Positions 63,381 to 64,000 of a DNA stretch of 64,000 bases are shown here, piece after piece. The position numbers were made by a program, and so were the translations under genes. Source of the stretch: Mobula hypostoma (Eukaryota). The stretch spans positions 209,872,001 to 209,936,000 of the forward strand of contig NC_086097.1 in assembly GCF_963921235.1 (NCBI RefSeq), written 5' to 3'. Position 1 is the stretch's first letter; every line of letters starts with the position of its first letter. Under the pieces are notes generated by a model. That model saw nothing but the letters and a program-made list of their open reading frames with translations, did no database searches and had not been told where the DNA came from.

Positions 63381-63619
63381 CACAGAAAGCTAGATTCGAG
63401 CAAATATCATATTCAAATAGGTTCTTCTGAAAAGACTTCTATATGAAAGAATGTTTTAAACTAACCGATGCAAACAAACATCTAAAAGCTTTAAAATGGA
63501 ACATTCTTTTAAAAATAAGGTGATGTTCATTGTGATGTTAATATACTATACATTCAAAATGTTTTTAATGGTACAATACTGAGTCATGTCATCTGCAGAA
63601 ATTCTCTTATGACTCAGCA

Positions 63620-64000
63620 ATAATTGGGTGAATACAGGGCCCTGGTGGCGGACTTTGTCAAATGGTGCAAGTTGAATCATCTGCAGCTCAACAGTAGCAA
63701 GGCAAAGAAGATGGTGATGGACTTTAGGAAGACTAAGCCTGCACTGATCCCTGTTACTATTGATGGTGAGGATGTGGATATGGTGAGAACAAGTACCTGG
63801 GGGCGGGGGGTGCACCTGGATGACAGACTTGAGTGGAGCACCAATACAGAGGCTGTGTACAAGAAGGGTCAGAGTCACCTCTACTTCCTTACGAGACTGA
63901 GGTCCTTTGCAGTATGCAGGCCTATTCTTCACGTGTTCTACAAGTCTGTTGCCACCAGTACAATCTTCTACCTGCTGGTGTCCTGGGGCAATAGCATCAA
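63620..64000 (+). mobile_element. Rex1/Babar- or L2-type LINE RT fragment running off the window end
   Basis: DFVKWCKLNHLQLNSSKAKKMVMDFRK and KKGQS.LYFL.RL motifs. Confidence 0.8.

Overview
Eukaryotic (vertebrate) genomic DNA, AT-rich and repeat-dense. The repeat mix (CR1, Rex1/Babar-type, RTE and HERO-type LINE fragments, V-SINE/HE1-like SINEs, Penelope-like GIY-YIG elements, Tc1/mariner, Tigger-like and Harbinger relics, solo LTRs) suggests a cartilaginous fish, probably a ray (inference). The only host gene I can support is the 3' end of TMEM68 on the minus strand: three coding exons at 63113-63173, 60697-60836 and 59612-59716 with canonical splice sites and a continuous frame. About 12-51 kb is a nested transposon graveyard. 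The stretches 1-11.9 kb and 51-59.6 kb are comparatively TE-poor and may be long convergent 3' UTRs. The most interesting signal is a dispersed family of Penelope-like element ends carrying a minimal type-I hammerhead ribozyme motif (CUGANGA-stem II-GAAAC-GUC). It shows compensatory stem changes between copies, short TSD-flanked insertions starting at the ribozyme core, and head-to-head fold-back copies. All calls are by eye, and repeat boundaries are approximate unless TSDs or TIRs are quoted.
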